Shown here piece after piece: positions 15,791 to 28,751 of a DNA stretch of 64,000 bases. The notes below the pieces were generated by a model that saw only the letters and a program-made list of their open reading frames with translations, was not told the origin of the DNA and searched no databases. The number at the start of each line of letters is the position of its first letter. Position 1 is the first letter of the stretch. This DNA comes from Bigelowiella natans CCMP2755 (lineage: Eukaryota > Protista > Cercozoa), in the NCBI GenBank assembly GCA_000320545.1, contig ADNK01001386.1:62001-126000 (forward strand), written 5' to 3'. The position numbers and the translations under genes are program-made.

Positions 15791-18410
15791 CTAAGCAGCG
15801 CATATGATAGCGTCGAGACACCGTCTGTACTCAAAAGCCGGCAGAGCGCCCATGTCCCGTGGGATGCATATCCGCGATTGTAGATATTTGGAAAGATCTG
15901 ATGTGACCTGAAGTAGGACACCATCGTCTTGGCCTTCCCGCCTCCCTTCCAGTGCTGTCCGAAGCTCCCGTGCAGCGTCCACGGGGTCGAGCCCATTTTG
16001 GATTGCTGAGGTGATCGCCCTCCTACGTATTAATAGAGAATGATAATATTTATCGCTGTTAAAATAGATGTAGCCCCTCCATCATCATGATTATCAGAAG
16101 GAAACTTATAGCTAGTGTCAGTTGCTTATTTTCGAGCACTAGCGACATCTTGTATTCATATAAATCATTACAGATTTCGCTGATTACATTTTTCTTTGGC
16201 GGTGGGTATGTGTGATGACGACTACACATAACGACAAACGAAAACTCACAGAGCTGTATCAGCGTCTTCCGGTTCCGCACTGAGGTATCGAGTTGCATCC
16301 TTTAAAATAGCGGCGTGATTTCTAATGATCTTTGCCGCAGCTTCCTCCCGTGGAGTCTGGCACATTCTCTCGGCATTGTTCGTGTTGAGTTCTCGATAGT
16401 GTCTCCACAGAATCTTCCTCCTTTCTTCGCTACCCCCTCTCTCCTCAGCGTAGGACGGAACAAGATGGAAATTCTCATCATTGCCGTACTTCTCCAGCAG
16501 CTTTGGAGCATGTCCCGCGTTTCCGTAGCCTAATTGTCATGGTGGCATATAGTGTATTGTAGCAGACAATGTGATAGTATGAGATAGAAGGATATTGCTC
16601 AACGATGAGGTGCGTTTATGTAAAAATGGTGGAAGAAGAAGAAGAAGAAGAAGAAGAAGAAGATGATGATGATGAAGAAGACGACCCCCTTGTTGACGTA
16701 TCACCTGCTGATGCTAATACTTTGGCCCAGCTGTGCAGGTCTCCCTGAACCCGTGCGTAGTATCCGCTGACGTCGAATTCAGACTTGGAAGAAAAATGAG
16801 AGGGAAAGGTAAGGTTATCTGGCTGAAATAATGGCTTGAGCCCAACTTTTGCCGGCACTTCTACAACTACTACACACTCACTACACCACGTGAGATTTCA
16901 TAATGACTAGTACAAATGATAATAATGACTTCCAACCGCAATTTACTATTCCTGCTACTTGCTACAACAACAACAAGAACTACTACTTCTCCTACTCTCC
17001 TAGGTCTACTACAACTACTACTATGGCTGCTCTGCAACCGTAGCTAATGCGTACATAAACACCTCTAGTGCATCGTAGAAGCGAGCCAGGTTTGGCCATC
17101 GTGTTGCGTCTCTCGGATAAAGATTCTCATACAGCAGTGGCAACTGAATGGAGTATCTTTCCAAGAAAGGCACCCATACAATATCTGCAAGTGTGATCTT
17201 CTCGCCAAGAAAGAATGGCCCTTTTGATTCTCCAAGAAGTGCATCGGTACTGTCCAGTGTTGCTTCAAATTCTTCTCTCGGCAGCACACCACTCCCCCTG
17301 AAGAGGAACGCCGATCGTGAGGAGGGCCGTGTGTTTCGAGGGAAAATATCCCGGAAACTGCGAACGATTCGCTTGATGTCTTCCTTCAGATGCTCAGGTG
17401 CCAGCAAGGGCTGCTGCGGATTCTGGTCGTTGTCAGGAGAGGGGTATCGACGATCCAGCTCGTAAAGAATGTCCAATGATTCCTGAATAGTGATATATCG
17501 TTGCAGCATCATCGTTGCAGCATCGTCGTCGTAGTATAGCAGGAGGAGTAGTTCGCTTCTCAATTGATAAACGTATCCACCGTGGATGTTGTCGTTGTTT
17601 TCTCTAATTAAATTTTCTTCTGATACGGTTTATAATTCTAGCGAGTTTATATGTGGTAATATCTGGAAAAGGACGACGCCTGCTATTTACTCCAAAAGCA
17701 CTGACCGTTTGAAAGCTGCCATCTTCCCATTTGACCGCCGGCGTAGACCCAGATCCCACGCACTCATAGTACCAATTGGGCTGCATTACCATAATCATCA
17801 GACGCAATGCTGTGAAACAAAGAATGCACTGAGACGATAGAGGTCGCTTGTTGTGTTGACTGACCTTGTAGCCCTGGTTATCTACGAGTACTTCGTCAAA
17901 TTCCAGCCTTTTGACCATCAGTCCAAGCCATACGCGCTCCGAATAGGGACACCATCCATTCCTATCTCTGAAAAGTACCTAAGAGTTGTTTGTTGGTGTG
18001 TGCAAGCATGACTTGGGCTAAGACTGCTGGCGCCTCATCTGTGTGTGTCCGACCAGGTTTCCGCCATTGCTGCTGTCGAGTAGATCATGGGGCTTGGATG
18101 CCTCCAGAGCGGTATCGAGAGCCATCTTGGGCGCTGCCTTGGGCAACTTGCTGGCAAGTGTGTCCCAGGATGGAATGCCTTTTACCTCTGCTGCATTGCT
18201 TAGAGTTCTGCGACGACTCCTCAGTATCGGCATTCGATGAACTCGTCGCACGAGGGGAGACAGGGAGGAGGAGGAAGAGGAGGAGGAGAAGGGGAAGCTT
18301 GAACGGCTAGAGAAAACATTGCTAATTCGTCGGGGGGCGGGCGCGCCCGTGGATACTTCTAAAATAAGGAGCACCACCAACGCTAGAGGTCCAATGAAGG
18401 TGGGGGTCAT
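15791..18410 (-). CDS. Glutathione S-transferase family protein (cyanobacterial/algal type, WCPY motif), likely plastid-targeted, multi-exon
   Basis: Leader MTPTFIGPLALVVLLILEVSTG plus an Arg/Ser-rich stretch; GST-N VLFRDRNGWCPYSERVWLGL...TPAVKWEDG..ESLDIL; GST-C GPFFLGEKITLADIVWVPFLER; terminal YLQSRICIPRDMG. Confidence 0.88.
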
Positions 18411-18939
18411 TTTCCCGTCGTCGTCGTCGTCGTCGCCATTTCTCGGTGGCCAAGGTGTGAATGAAGGTTCTTTGAAAGCTGTCTTCAACACCAAAAACCG
18501 GGATTGGAACAGAACCGGTACAAATGGGATGGATTTTATATACGCGACAATACAATAAAACTCTAGATTGCTTGTCGTACCAAAGATCCAGCAGCAGCAC
18601 AGCAGCGTTATCATAAACCACCATCTAGATCTGCTACACGATCGAGCGATTTGAGATCTAGAGGAGGGGATTTGTAGTTCCATTGGGAAACACCGCTCCA
18701 TCCTACAACCCGCCCCTCTCCTTTCAAATAATAAAGGTACTAAGCCGATTTCTTGCTTTAGTGGAGCCTGCCTCAGTAGGTTTGGAACCATAGAGAAGGG
18801 GCGGAAGACTTGTATCATTGAACATATCTTCTTTTACACTTATTGCACATTTCGCTGCTCCTGCTAACGGCTTGGGACAGATTAACGGAAGCTCTCCGGA
18901 GTATTTGAGGAGCAACCCGAGCTCACCAACGAAGAAGGA
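18411..18939. promoter_or_regulatory. Divergent promoter region (GST / PH-domain gene)
   Basis: About 530 bp between opposing start codons, with normal TpA content. Confidence 0.5.
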
Positions 18940-19180
18940 ATGGCTTTTGTCGAACAAAGACATCTGGAGGGGCTGTTAAAGAAGACATTTGGAGAGGAAT
19001 TCGTGTACAAAGGCGATTTTAAGTATGAGGACAGCAAGAGGGATATGGTGTTACTTCTCGGGAAAGAACACTTCTTTGAAATTGACGGTGAGAAGAAAAG
19101 AAAAAGAAGAAGCGTGGCAGTGATACGCACGGAGAATACAAAAATATCTACACATAAGACGTTTAATTTACATGAACTAC

Positions 19181-19220
<40 letters not shown>

Positions 19221-19745
19221 TATGCTGCTCCTCTCTTATCCTTCACTCACAATATCTTGTACAGGAGAGGAGGAGATCGAATATTTGGAAGAGTTGCCAA
19301 ACCCCAAGAGCTACCTCACTCTCGATTCGGCTGAGGAAATCCCCGGGCAAAATGAAAAATTTGTAATTCGAAACCGCGCAATACGATATTAGCTTGCAAC
19401 AGAATTGTAAAAGATTGGGAATAACACGAGATTTTTGATGTTTTGAAGTTGGTGGGGCACTCTGCCGAATTATTTGTGCTATTTCTTTCTTCACTGGTTT
19501 CTTATTTATCCAGTGGTGATGGTTGGTGTTAATTTGGCTCATTTGCTCATTTTTGTTGCTATTTTTTACAAGGTGATTCATGTAGGAGCTAGGCCTGCAA
19601 TCCATCTGGTCCACCATTACTTTTTACTAATACATACGTGCACAAACAAACGTGCGAGATGTCGAAGTGAGCGGCAGGACAGGGATAAGATTAGAAAGGG
19701 CGTTCCTTCCACCAGCATCCAGATCACCACCACCACTACTGCAAC

Positions 19746-19778
<33 letters not shown>

Positions 19779-22360
19779 CATGGCTAACGACAATTTCTCA
19801 TCACTTCTTTATTCATAATTGTAGGAAGGAGAAGAGTTGGACGTAGTGGAAGCTGTTGTTGTGCTCAACAGCTTGATTAGGTACGAGGAGTAGAGAAGGA
19901 ATAGTAGCTGATGTAGAAGTAGTGGTAAAGGAGGAGGAGACGTGGAGAGGAAGGGCGAGGTAACAGCGTCGGAGAGTGTCGGAGTAGGAAAGCACATATC
20001 AGCCCGTCTTATTATTTATTCTTCTTCTGCTCATACGCAACGTTGCGCCTATCAGGGATGCGTGGCAAAAAGCCTGCGAATCCGCTTTCATCTTAGGTCG
20101 GGAGGTGTACCAGTTTCACGCAATTGTGCGAAAGGTAAACCGAGGAATCAGCGTCCCCTTCTCGTTGCTATTACTATTTATTTCCTGTCAGCATGTGCTA
20201 ATTTCTCTGGCTCTTTTGGCCATAATAAAAGGAAGAATAAATGGCTGTATACGCCATTGGCTCACCGGCTATTGACTGCTGTTGCGTATAGGTGAATCGA
20301 AGAAAGAAGACTCAAGACCGCATCCTTGTCGTCAGCAACCAATGGATATATAATATGGAAATGTTTGGTGAAGAAGGGCCACAGGAGGAATTCAAATGGA
20401 GTCTGCCAATAGGTAATAATGATAATAATAATACAACAAATGGTACTACTGCTACTACTACTACTACTACTACTACTGCTGCTGTCACTGCTTCAGCCCC
20501 CTTGCTCATGGTGAAATGATAATACAACAACGTGCCATGGTTATCATATCAGAAGCAGCAGAGCAGTCTTCATCGTACTAGTGTTTGTTGCACTTGAAAT
20601 TGTATTGTATTTGTTCCTATTTTAGTTGCAAACATGTTGAATTTTCACACTGGCTTTCATGATGTTTCCTCTTGTTGATGTCACGGTGGTGTCAGGCTCT
20701 CTCCTACGCGTTGCTGCGGGAAAAGATGACAGCAAACTGGGAGAATTTCCAGTAATGATTATGATCAAGATTAATGATGATGTTAATGATGATGGTAAAA
20801 TTCGGTAATGCAGGCAACTATACACTTCGACCTTGTCGTTGCTAAGCAGCTTCTAGCACAGAATGCCTACAAAGACAGGAAGCTCGGAACAAAAGGCAGC
20901 TCCGTTAACGACAAGCACCAACTCTTGTTTATAAGGTATTAGTGTTCATAAGCTATTAGTGCTATTTCCTTGTTGGAGTAGTACCCTCTCCATGGAAACA
21001 GATAGATCATGTCCTCCTGCGCCCCCATTGTGAGCTGTGGCAAGGATGGGAATGTGGTGTGTGGTGGTTTTGCAGCAGCGGCTGCGGCGTCCTCGAAATG
21101 ACCTATTATTTTTTGCACACTAATATTTTTTTGAGCTCCATACCACCACCAGCATGGGTCGTCTGTTCCTTGTGGTTCTCTGATTCCCAATGTCTTCCTT
21201 GATGTGTAGTCAATACGCGAGAGACCGCTGCACTATGGCGCTAGTAGCCTTGTACTACTCCCAGGTGGTTATTCCTTGAGAGCAGCATCATCATTTATGC
21301 TCATCCGAATACTAGACCTCCACAACAACACCGTCATAAGTAGCATGCATGAGGAGAATCTAGGTGGCGGCGATGAGTGTCCTTATGGATGGACAAAGCA
21401 CGTGATGATCGTTCTTCCCATCTTCTCACTTGATATGTGGTCATTGCTTAGTCGAAAAAGCGACTTGCTTTTACTCGTGGGAACGAGGCAACTGGTATTT
21501 GTTACCTAGCATCTCCTCTTCTTTCCGCATCATCATCATCCAACCGAAACCGACATTTGCAACCTTGATTTGAAGAATCTATGCGGAAAATAAGATGGCA
21601 TTAGATGATTGGGAGATAGCAGAAGCAGCTGCAGCAGCAACATTCGCTCTATCTATCTTTCAGTATTATTGAGAGTGATGATCTGACGTATTCAGGTATT
21701 CGAAGATCGCAGCTGGGGGTATGTATACGTACACCTTTAGCTACGCACAATGATGGTTGTGGTGATGACCGATTCATAATCTTTACCTTCGTTTCTTTGT
21801 TGGTATTGTGCTGTCAATTTTTTTTGCGCATTCTCTTTTTGGATAATGGGCGGGGTTGTTCATCAACACTGCTGCTGCACTTTTGTTTCTTCCTCTCCAA
21901 ACTGCGATTATCACCACCGCCACCACCACTATAACGACTCATAATTTTTTAAAATTTTTATCTTTACCTTTGGTTTTTTGGTTTTCTCCCCTTGCCACTA
22001 CTTTATGCCCATTACGCTGTTGGTGTTCATGTTGTTGATGATGATAACCTTGCAAATGCTATATTTTAGTCGGAAGTAATACGCCAAAAAAATAAATTTT
22101 GCAGAGAATTTAAGAGATAGATGAGATGTTTTCTTACAATTATGGGAGAAGAAGAAGTAGTGGTGGCAGTAGTAGTAGTAGTAGTTGGCATTGAATCGAT
22201 GCTGCCACCACCACTACTACTGCGTTGATAGTTTATTTATACAAAAGTACATCATCATAATCATCGTCATCGTCATCGCCATCGTCATCATACTTCAGGT
22301 AATAAAGAAGGAAGGTACTCTGGAGAAGTACACACGAGGGATCGTCGGGTTCGTGAGCAA

Positions 22361-22399
<39 letters not shown>

Positions 22400-22760
22400 T
22401 ACCAGAGATTATTATGAGGAAGGCGACGAAACTACTCATTGTAGTCATTATGCTGCTGCTTCATCGGCTACATGATGTCTGTCCTCAACTCCCCTTCCTC
22501 CTTACAACTTCTTATTTCTCTAACTCTGCTGCTTCGCGATTGCTTGCCTTCCTCTTGTTCTGCTTGAAATTGGCATGGATCAACAAATTGGGATGATATA
22601 CCCTATCATCATCATCATCATCATCATCATTCAGCAATATGTGATGTCCAATGCGATGTTACCATGAATATTACGCTCTCTCCTCTCTCTCTCTCTCTCT
22701 CTCCCCCCCCCCCCCCCCCCCACTTCCTCTCTATTTTGGGGAGGAGGTCATGTTAATACT

Positions 22761-22791
<31 letters not shown>

Positions 22792-23810
22792 GTGTATATA
22801 ATTATGGATTACCTGTGTGATTGTGTATGTTGCTATCTGTATGTAGATAGTTGCGTTTTCGCGATCGTTGTCATCTTCTCCACGCAATGATGCAATGATG
22901 TGCTGTAATCGTCAGGGTTGGGAAGCATCCTCGATTCGTTCAGATCAAATCCACCGGTTCTTTTCACAATTAGGAGGCAGCAGCAAACCACGCTTTTCAT
23001 TAATTTAGAAGTCTAACTTCGTCGGCTGATACGAACGATTTTCTTTCATTCTTCATCCCGTAGTCCCTTGCTTCTTTCCCTCCTCTATTGCCCCCTTTAC
23101 AAAACTACGCTTATTCTTCTGTAATGGGTTTTTTGGTCTGACGGTAGTAGCGGTGGCGATGATTATGATAATGGTAAGACTTTTCTGAAACCCTTCCGTA
23201 ACTACACAGGGTACATCGCATGGGGAAAAGAGAAGGGCAAGCTCAAGTAACAGAACGACACAGCCATAACAAAAGCAATTAAACTAAAAAAAAATCTAAA
23301 TGAGAAATGATAGTAGTAATGATTATGTACATCGCTTATTAATATCGTTATCTTTTTGTTGAATCAATTATGACAGATTCGATGAGTCTATTGTCGGCGT
23401 CCGTGACGAAGGTGCGTTTGTATGTGCTGGAAGTATGGTGATCGACCCATCAATTATTTCTTCGCATCTTTGCGTTGCTAATCATCTACAGGAGCGGCCT
23501 TGGAACAATTCAAGTTGTCCGACGAGGAAAAAGCACAATTTTTTTGCGTACTCACTTCGGGAAAATCGCTGTATTTCCTCTGCCCGAGTGTACAGGAGAA
23601 GAAGGTCACGAATTCCCAAGCGATGATAATACATGTGTTCCATTCAAAACATAATATTTTTCCCTGTGTTTCTCGCGTGTGTATTTCCCCTAAAATATTT
23701 ATTCCATTTTCTCCATTTTGATTTGGGATTCTGGTACTACTACCGCTACTATTCTTCAGGATTGGGTTGCTTGCATCAATTCTATAGTTGAGACAGCATC
23801 ATACAAGTGA
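18940..23810 (+). CDS. Multi-PH-domain protein, multi-exon
   Basis: Exons include VNRRKKTQDRILVVSNQWIYN (PH/myosin TH1-like strands), VIKKEGTLEKYTRGIVG-GWKHPRFV and FFCVLTSGKSLYFLCPSVQEKK-DWVACINSIV (PH C-terminal helix Trp); TGA 23808-23810. Confidence 0.75.
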
Positions 23811-24672
23811 AAGATTAGGCGGAATGACAACGTTGCATGATCAAGCATGAAAGGAGGAAGAAAAATCTTCTACAAAACTGAAATCGTTTCTCGAGTCCAT
23901 TGCCATGATGTTCTACGAATGTAATTTGTGTGACACGAACAAGCATTGCTAGTTGGAAAAATTGCTGTCTTGGCGTTTGGGAATGTGACTGCAACGGACA
24001 AGATGATTCGCTGCCAGCGCTAGCTAGCTAGCTAGCCAGATCTAGAGATGTGTCCACAGTGTTGATCGACACGCACACCATGCTAGCTAGGCAGGACATG
24101 TCTGGCAGAGCTGAAGCTGACAACTCCAGCATTGCAACATTGTCAACAATGCACAGGAATGCCGTCCCCCTCCCCCCCTCTAGCCCTCGCTCGCTCCTCA
24201 CACACACGTCTAGACATCCAGATATGCACATCATCTGCATTCCAGCACATTGCGCTCAGCTTGCATGCCAGACTCCAATGAGCTTCAATGCCACGTTGGC
24301 CATGTGCATGCTGGCCTGGGCATGATCAGCTAGCTCTAGCAAAGCAAGCTAGCAAGCGTTTTCCATGCCACGACTTCTGCTGGTCTGAGCCCTCTCCCAA
24401 TCCAGCAACCTCGTGATGTCAAAATGGTGCACGCAACACTTTGCGAACAAGTGCACAGGACACACCACTGGCTAGCTGGACTGTCCAGACGTGCAGTGCC
24501 GCAGTGCCCGCTGGTCCATCTGGCCATTCTGGCATCCCAGCATCACTGACTGGGGCTGAAAAAGGCTGAAGGCCAGAAGGGTGCTGGGGTGACCCAGCCA
24601 GCGAGCTGGCCAGCTAGCCAGGCTAGCAGGTTGACCTTTCCGCCCTGTTCAGTGTTGATCGCACGACGAGGC

Positions 24673-25188
24673 TCAGAGCCAGACGATCTTTGGTGGTTTT
24701 TTGAGTGGGTTCCACTGGTCCAGACCAGCTAGCCAGGTCAACCCACGTTTCTCAGTGCGACTTTGGACGCGTGGTGTGCACGAACGTGGTGGTGTCAACA
24801 CCCCTGCCAGCCTGGACTCACTCCTAGCTAGCTGGCGCTCAATGTTGCAGCAAGCGCTCGGTGTGGTTTCGAAGCACGCTGTCACCTCTGCCGGCGGCGG
24901 CGGCGGCGGCTGGTGCGCGTGACAAAGCAGCAAAAGCCATTTTTCCTCGAACAATTTGACACAAATTTCGTCGTCATCGTCGTCACCTTCGTCCACCTGC
25001 AGACCTCTGGACCTCCAGACCTCCTCATCTCTCAGAGCCGCTTTGACACTTTTGGTCGAACGAGGCATCCGGACTGCACGTGTCCTGTCCAGGTGTGTCT
25101 CGCAGCCTGGCCACCGAAAGTCACAGGAACATTGGCAAATTGCCAGACTTTTCTTTGTGCATGTGCTTTTCAATTCAGCAGAAGGCAA
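24673..25188 (-). pseudogene. Possible decayed coding or mobile-element remnant (Tyr-free, Cys/His-rich ORF)
   Basis: 171-aa ORF with no Tyr and phrases such as AICQCSCDFRWPGCETHLD that read naturally if C/H are reverted to Y. No family recognised. Confidence 0.3.
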
Positions 25189-25219
25189 AAACCAAAGACC
25201 CAGCCCTTCCCAAGCGGAG

Positions 25220-25292
25220 ATGAATGAATGAATGAATGAATGAAGCGATTGATTGATCTAGGTCACGCTGGGTACCCCAGCTGTCACCTGGT
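25220..25292. promoter_or_regulatory. (TGAA)n tract + GGTCACGCTG motif + short hairpin (GCTGGG-TAC-CCCAGC)
   Basis: The same arrangement recurs at 48001-48086. Both copies sit at the promoter-side edge of a TpA-free island. Confidence 0.45.
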
Positions 25293-25777
25293 GTGAGCAT
25301 CATTGTTGGTTGCGTTTGGGATTTGCGACATGGTTTTCATCTTGTCTGATGGAGGAAAACGCCTGAAGTGCAACTGGTTTTAGCCAGCAGCTCATACTTC
25401 TTGGATGCGGACACAGTGGTAGCAAATCAGATGGATACGGGCTAGAATACATGTAGGATTATCTCCCAAATGCATGCGATTCTGATTATGCGACGATGTT
25501 GACGATCCGTTTATCCTGTCGGATCCCATGTCACTCCACATACCGGGAAAGAAGGAAAAGAAGAAGGGAAAGAGGGAAACAAGGGAAAGAGCGAGAGAGA
25601 GAGAGAAACAAGCCAAAAGCACGGACGTCCTCATTCGCAGGCGAAGAGATTTCATGAAGGCTCCCCATTGAATTGCTCGTGTTGTTACCACACGTCGTAC
25701 TCAAGGACAGAGCTCACCAATCGCTTTCTTGCTAAGATTTCCGAACATCCTACATCTCCTTCCTGATCTACGGGAAA

Positions 25778-27024
25778 ATGGAAGTTTCCACTTTCAATGA
25801 AACCGATCCACAGCGTAGCCATCATCATCATCATAAACCCTATGGATCTTTCGGTGGAAGAAGTGAAAGTGATCGGAAAATAGAGGTAGGTGCCATGGAA
25901 CTTCTTTCCCATAGCAGCCTGCACGTCATTCCAATTCAATTTATGTCACTGCTTTCGATATTTGTATGCTCGATACCAAAATTAGGAGAAAAATTCTACT
26001 TCCTCCTTGAGCACCTCTTCGCCGGGAGCGTCGGCCTCATCGCATCCTTATGACGTCAAAGGATTATCATCATCCTACTGGATTCCGGAACGTGGAAGTG
26101 AGAGCAGAAGACTATGTGCTCTTTACGGACTAGCTATTCTTGCGGCTTTAAGTCTGGTGGCTGCATTTTCTTATTCCATAGTTTCGTATTCAGTAACCAA
26201 AGGTTCGCAAAGAGAAAATGGAGGCGGAGGAGGATTGATACAGTCCATTCCATTTCTCCGCGCAAGCCTAAGTACGAATAGCTCCGAGTATGCTCGTTAC
26301 AATCATGATGAGGCCACCTCGTCTACGAGTAACAACGTACGCATCGAAAGTGGGAGCGGCTTCCAGCTTCCCACAAGTAAGCTTATTCGCCCTACCATAC
26401 GGTGAGAAGAGGGGGAGGGGGAGAGGGAGGGACTGGAAAGGGGGATAGAATTAGAATAGTCTTGCTACTTTCGATCTACAAATTTTCGATTTTGTGTTAC
26501 TCGCTCGGCTGGAGTTAATCTGGCATCTCAATTTCGTCGTCAACCCTATCATTGACACCATCGTTTCCATATGGCCACATTAACTAATACAATCAAACAG
26601 CTGGGGTATAGCAGGCCTTGGACGCATTGCGCACGAGTTTGCCGTGGCTTTGGAAGTGAGCGGAATGACTATAGAGGCAGTCGCAGCAGGGTATGATGCT
26701 GAGTGGTAGTATTATCTTCTCCTTCTGCTTCTTCTTCCTTTTCTTCTTCGCTAGAATTCATCGTCAAGAAGTGAAACAATTAACTATAAAAGTTTTAGCC
26801 AAGAAAAATGATTTTCGGACATTATGATATCGATCAGTGGACAAGAATATTAGCGGTGATTGGGATGTTAATGATTTCCCCCTTCCCCCTCTTTTCTGTA
26901 GATCACTACCGAATAGGAAGGAACGAGCACAGGTGATAATGATGAAAGAGATGACTATGATTACAATGAATATGATGCCCGACAACATATTCTAATTTCA
27001 TCTTATTTTTAATAGAAAAATAGT

Positions 27025-27098
<74 letters not shown>

Positions 27099-27295
27099 AG
27101 GTGGGGGGATCTAATTCTTACCCATCTCCTTGTTTATGCTTAGTGTTACTTACATCGGTTACGAAATACTGTTATCTACTGTTGGTGATGGTGCTGCATT
27201 TGCTATATGAACTAGTGGTTCGCCCATCAGTTTAATGCTAGAGTTTCATATACAAGCTATGAGGACCTGGCCAAAGATCCCAACGTACGAACGGC

Positions 27296-27331
<36 letters not shown>

Positions 27332-28491
27332 TAAGGACTGACGATAAATGAACGATAGACAATCTTGTAGCAGTAGCAGCAAACCAGACAGCAGCCCATG
27401 CCATGCAACCATTTTGTCATTTCTGTTCATCGTTACTAATCATGCATTACCTTATTTACAACCTTCCTTTCTCTCTCTTTCAGGTGGACATTGTGTATAT
27501 TGCTGTCATTAATAACCTTCACAAAGAGGTAGAAACCAAGAAATATAACAGAAAATATATCAGGATAAGTGATATGAAGTAATGTATTCTGGCTGTATCT
27601 TCGACTCCATGAATTGATATTTAAGTGCATTTATTAAAGGAGATGGTTCTTTCTTATTTGAAGGTTGCACTGACAATGTTCGCACATAAAAAACACGTTC
27701 TCTGTGAGAAGGTACGCATTCAATAATTATCATAATATGGTAAGATATGGTATGGTAGTTCTAATGCCGGCGGTTTGCTTCCCCTACTCGCCCTTTCCCC
27801 CCTAGTGTGTCTGTATGTGTGTGTGTGTGTGTGTGTGTGAGTGTGTAACGTGTCTACGTCTATCAAAGAAACAGTGGCAATACTTGTAGTACTAAAGAGA
27901 TAATAATGGTGCATCAGTTGATTCGTCAGTTGATTCTCGTCGCTGAGTGCATGCTAAATCAATCAGCCAACGGCAATGAACTATACTGAAGCTCAGGAGG
28001 TAGTTAGTAGTTTGAAAGCCTACTCCCTTACTATCATTATTGGCGACGTTGCTTTCTGCATACTATTCGTCATGACGCATGATTTCCATCATTAAAAAAT
28101 AAAAAAAAGATGACACAAGCGGCACGCGAGGCTGGCGTCTTTTTCGCGACGAATTTCTGGAACTCGGCATTTCCTGTTGTACGATACGTGAGGAATGCAA
28201 TACGACAAGGTGCTATGATGATCATGGTGACAATGATAATGATGAGCATAAACGATCGTGGAATAGTAATGTCCCCCCCCCCCCCTTCCCCCGTTGTATG
28301 GAATCTGCGTCGCTGTTGTTAGTAGTGGTGATGGCGTTGTTGCATTACCGCTAGAAGTGGGTTGGTACTAGCGTGGCAATGATTCGTCGATAACTTAAGA
28401 GGGAAAACATACTTCAGGAGCCATTGGGAACATTGTTCAAATCAGCGGTGATATGGGGTTTCAGGTGCGAGACCTCTTCGCTGAATCATAC

Positions 28492-28530
<39 letters not shown>

Positions 28531-28714
28531 ACCTGCAGTACTACTCTGTGACAAGAAAGTCTTTATGCGAGTGCTATTAATTAGTAGCTGTTCGGTCCCC
28601 TAATAGATCATCAAGCATCAGCAAGATTATCATCATTTGTAGCAGCAGCACCAACAGCAAATTCAACACTGAAGTTTCCAAGCAGGAGGGGAGTAGACGA
28701 AGAAGACGAAAACG

Positions 28715-28751
<37 letters not shown>

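Larger units (their letters stand above)
23941..25380. other. TpA-depleted intergenic island in which surviving TpA is almost all in CTAG
   Basis: Manual count for 23941-25270: about 21 TpA, 20 of them in CTAG. No TpA from about 24832 to 25257. CpG is abundant. Confidence 0.92.

Noticed and set aside
18018-18818. 266-aa ORF start as the GST start
   Set aside because: The signal peptide begins at MTPTFIG (18410). The upstream part looks like promoter/UTR read-through.
23941-25380. CpG-methylation decay or fungal-type RIP as the cause of TG/CA richness
   Set aside because: CpG remains common (e.g. (CGG)n, cgtcgtc, gacgcgt) and TpA is lost rather than gained, the opposite of both processes.
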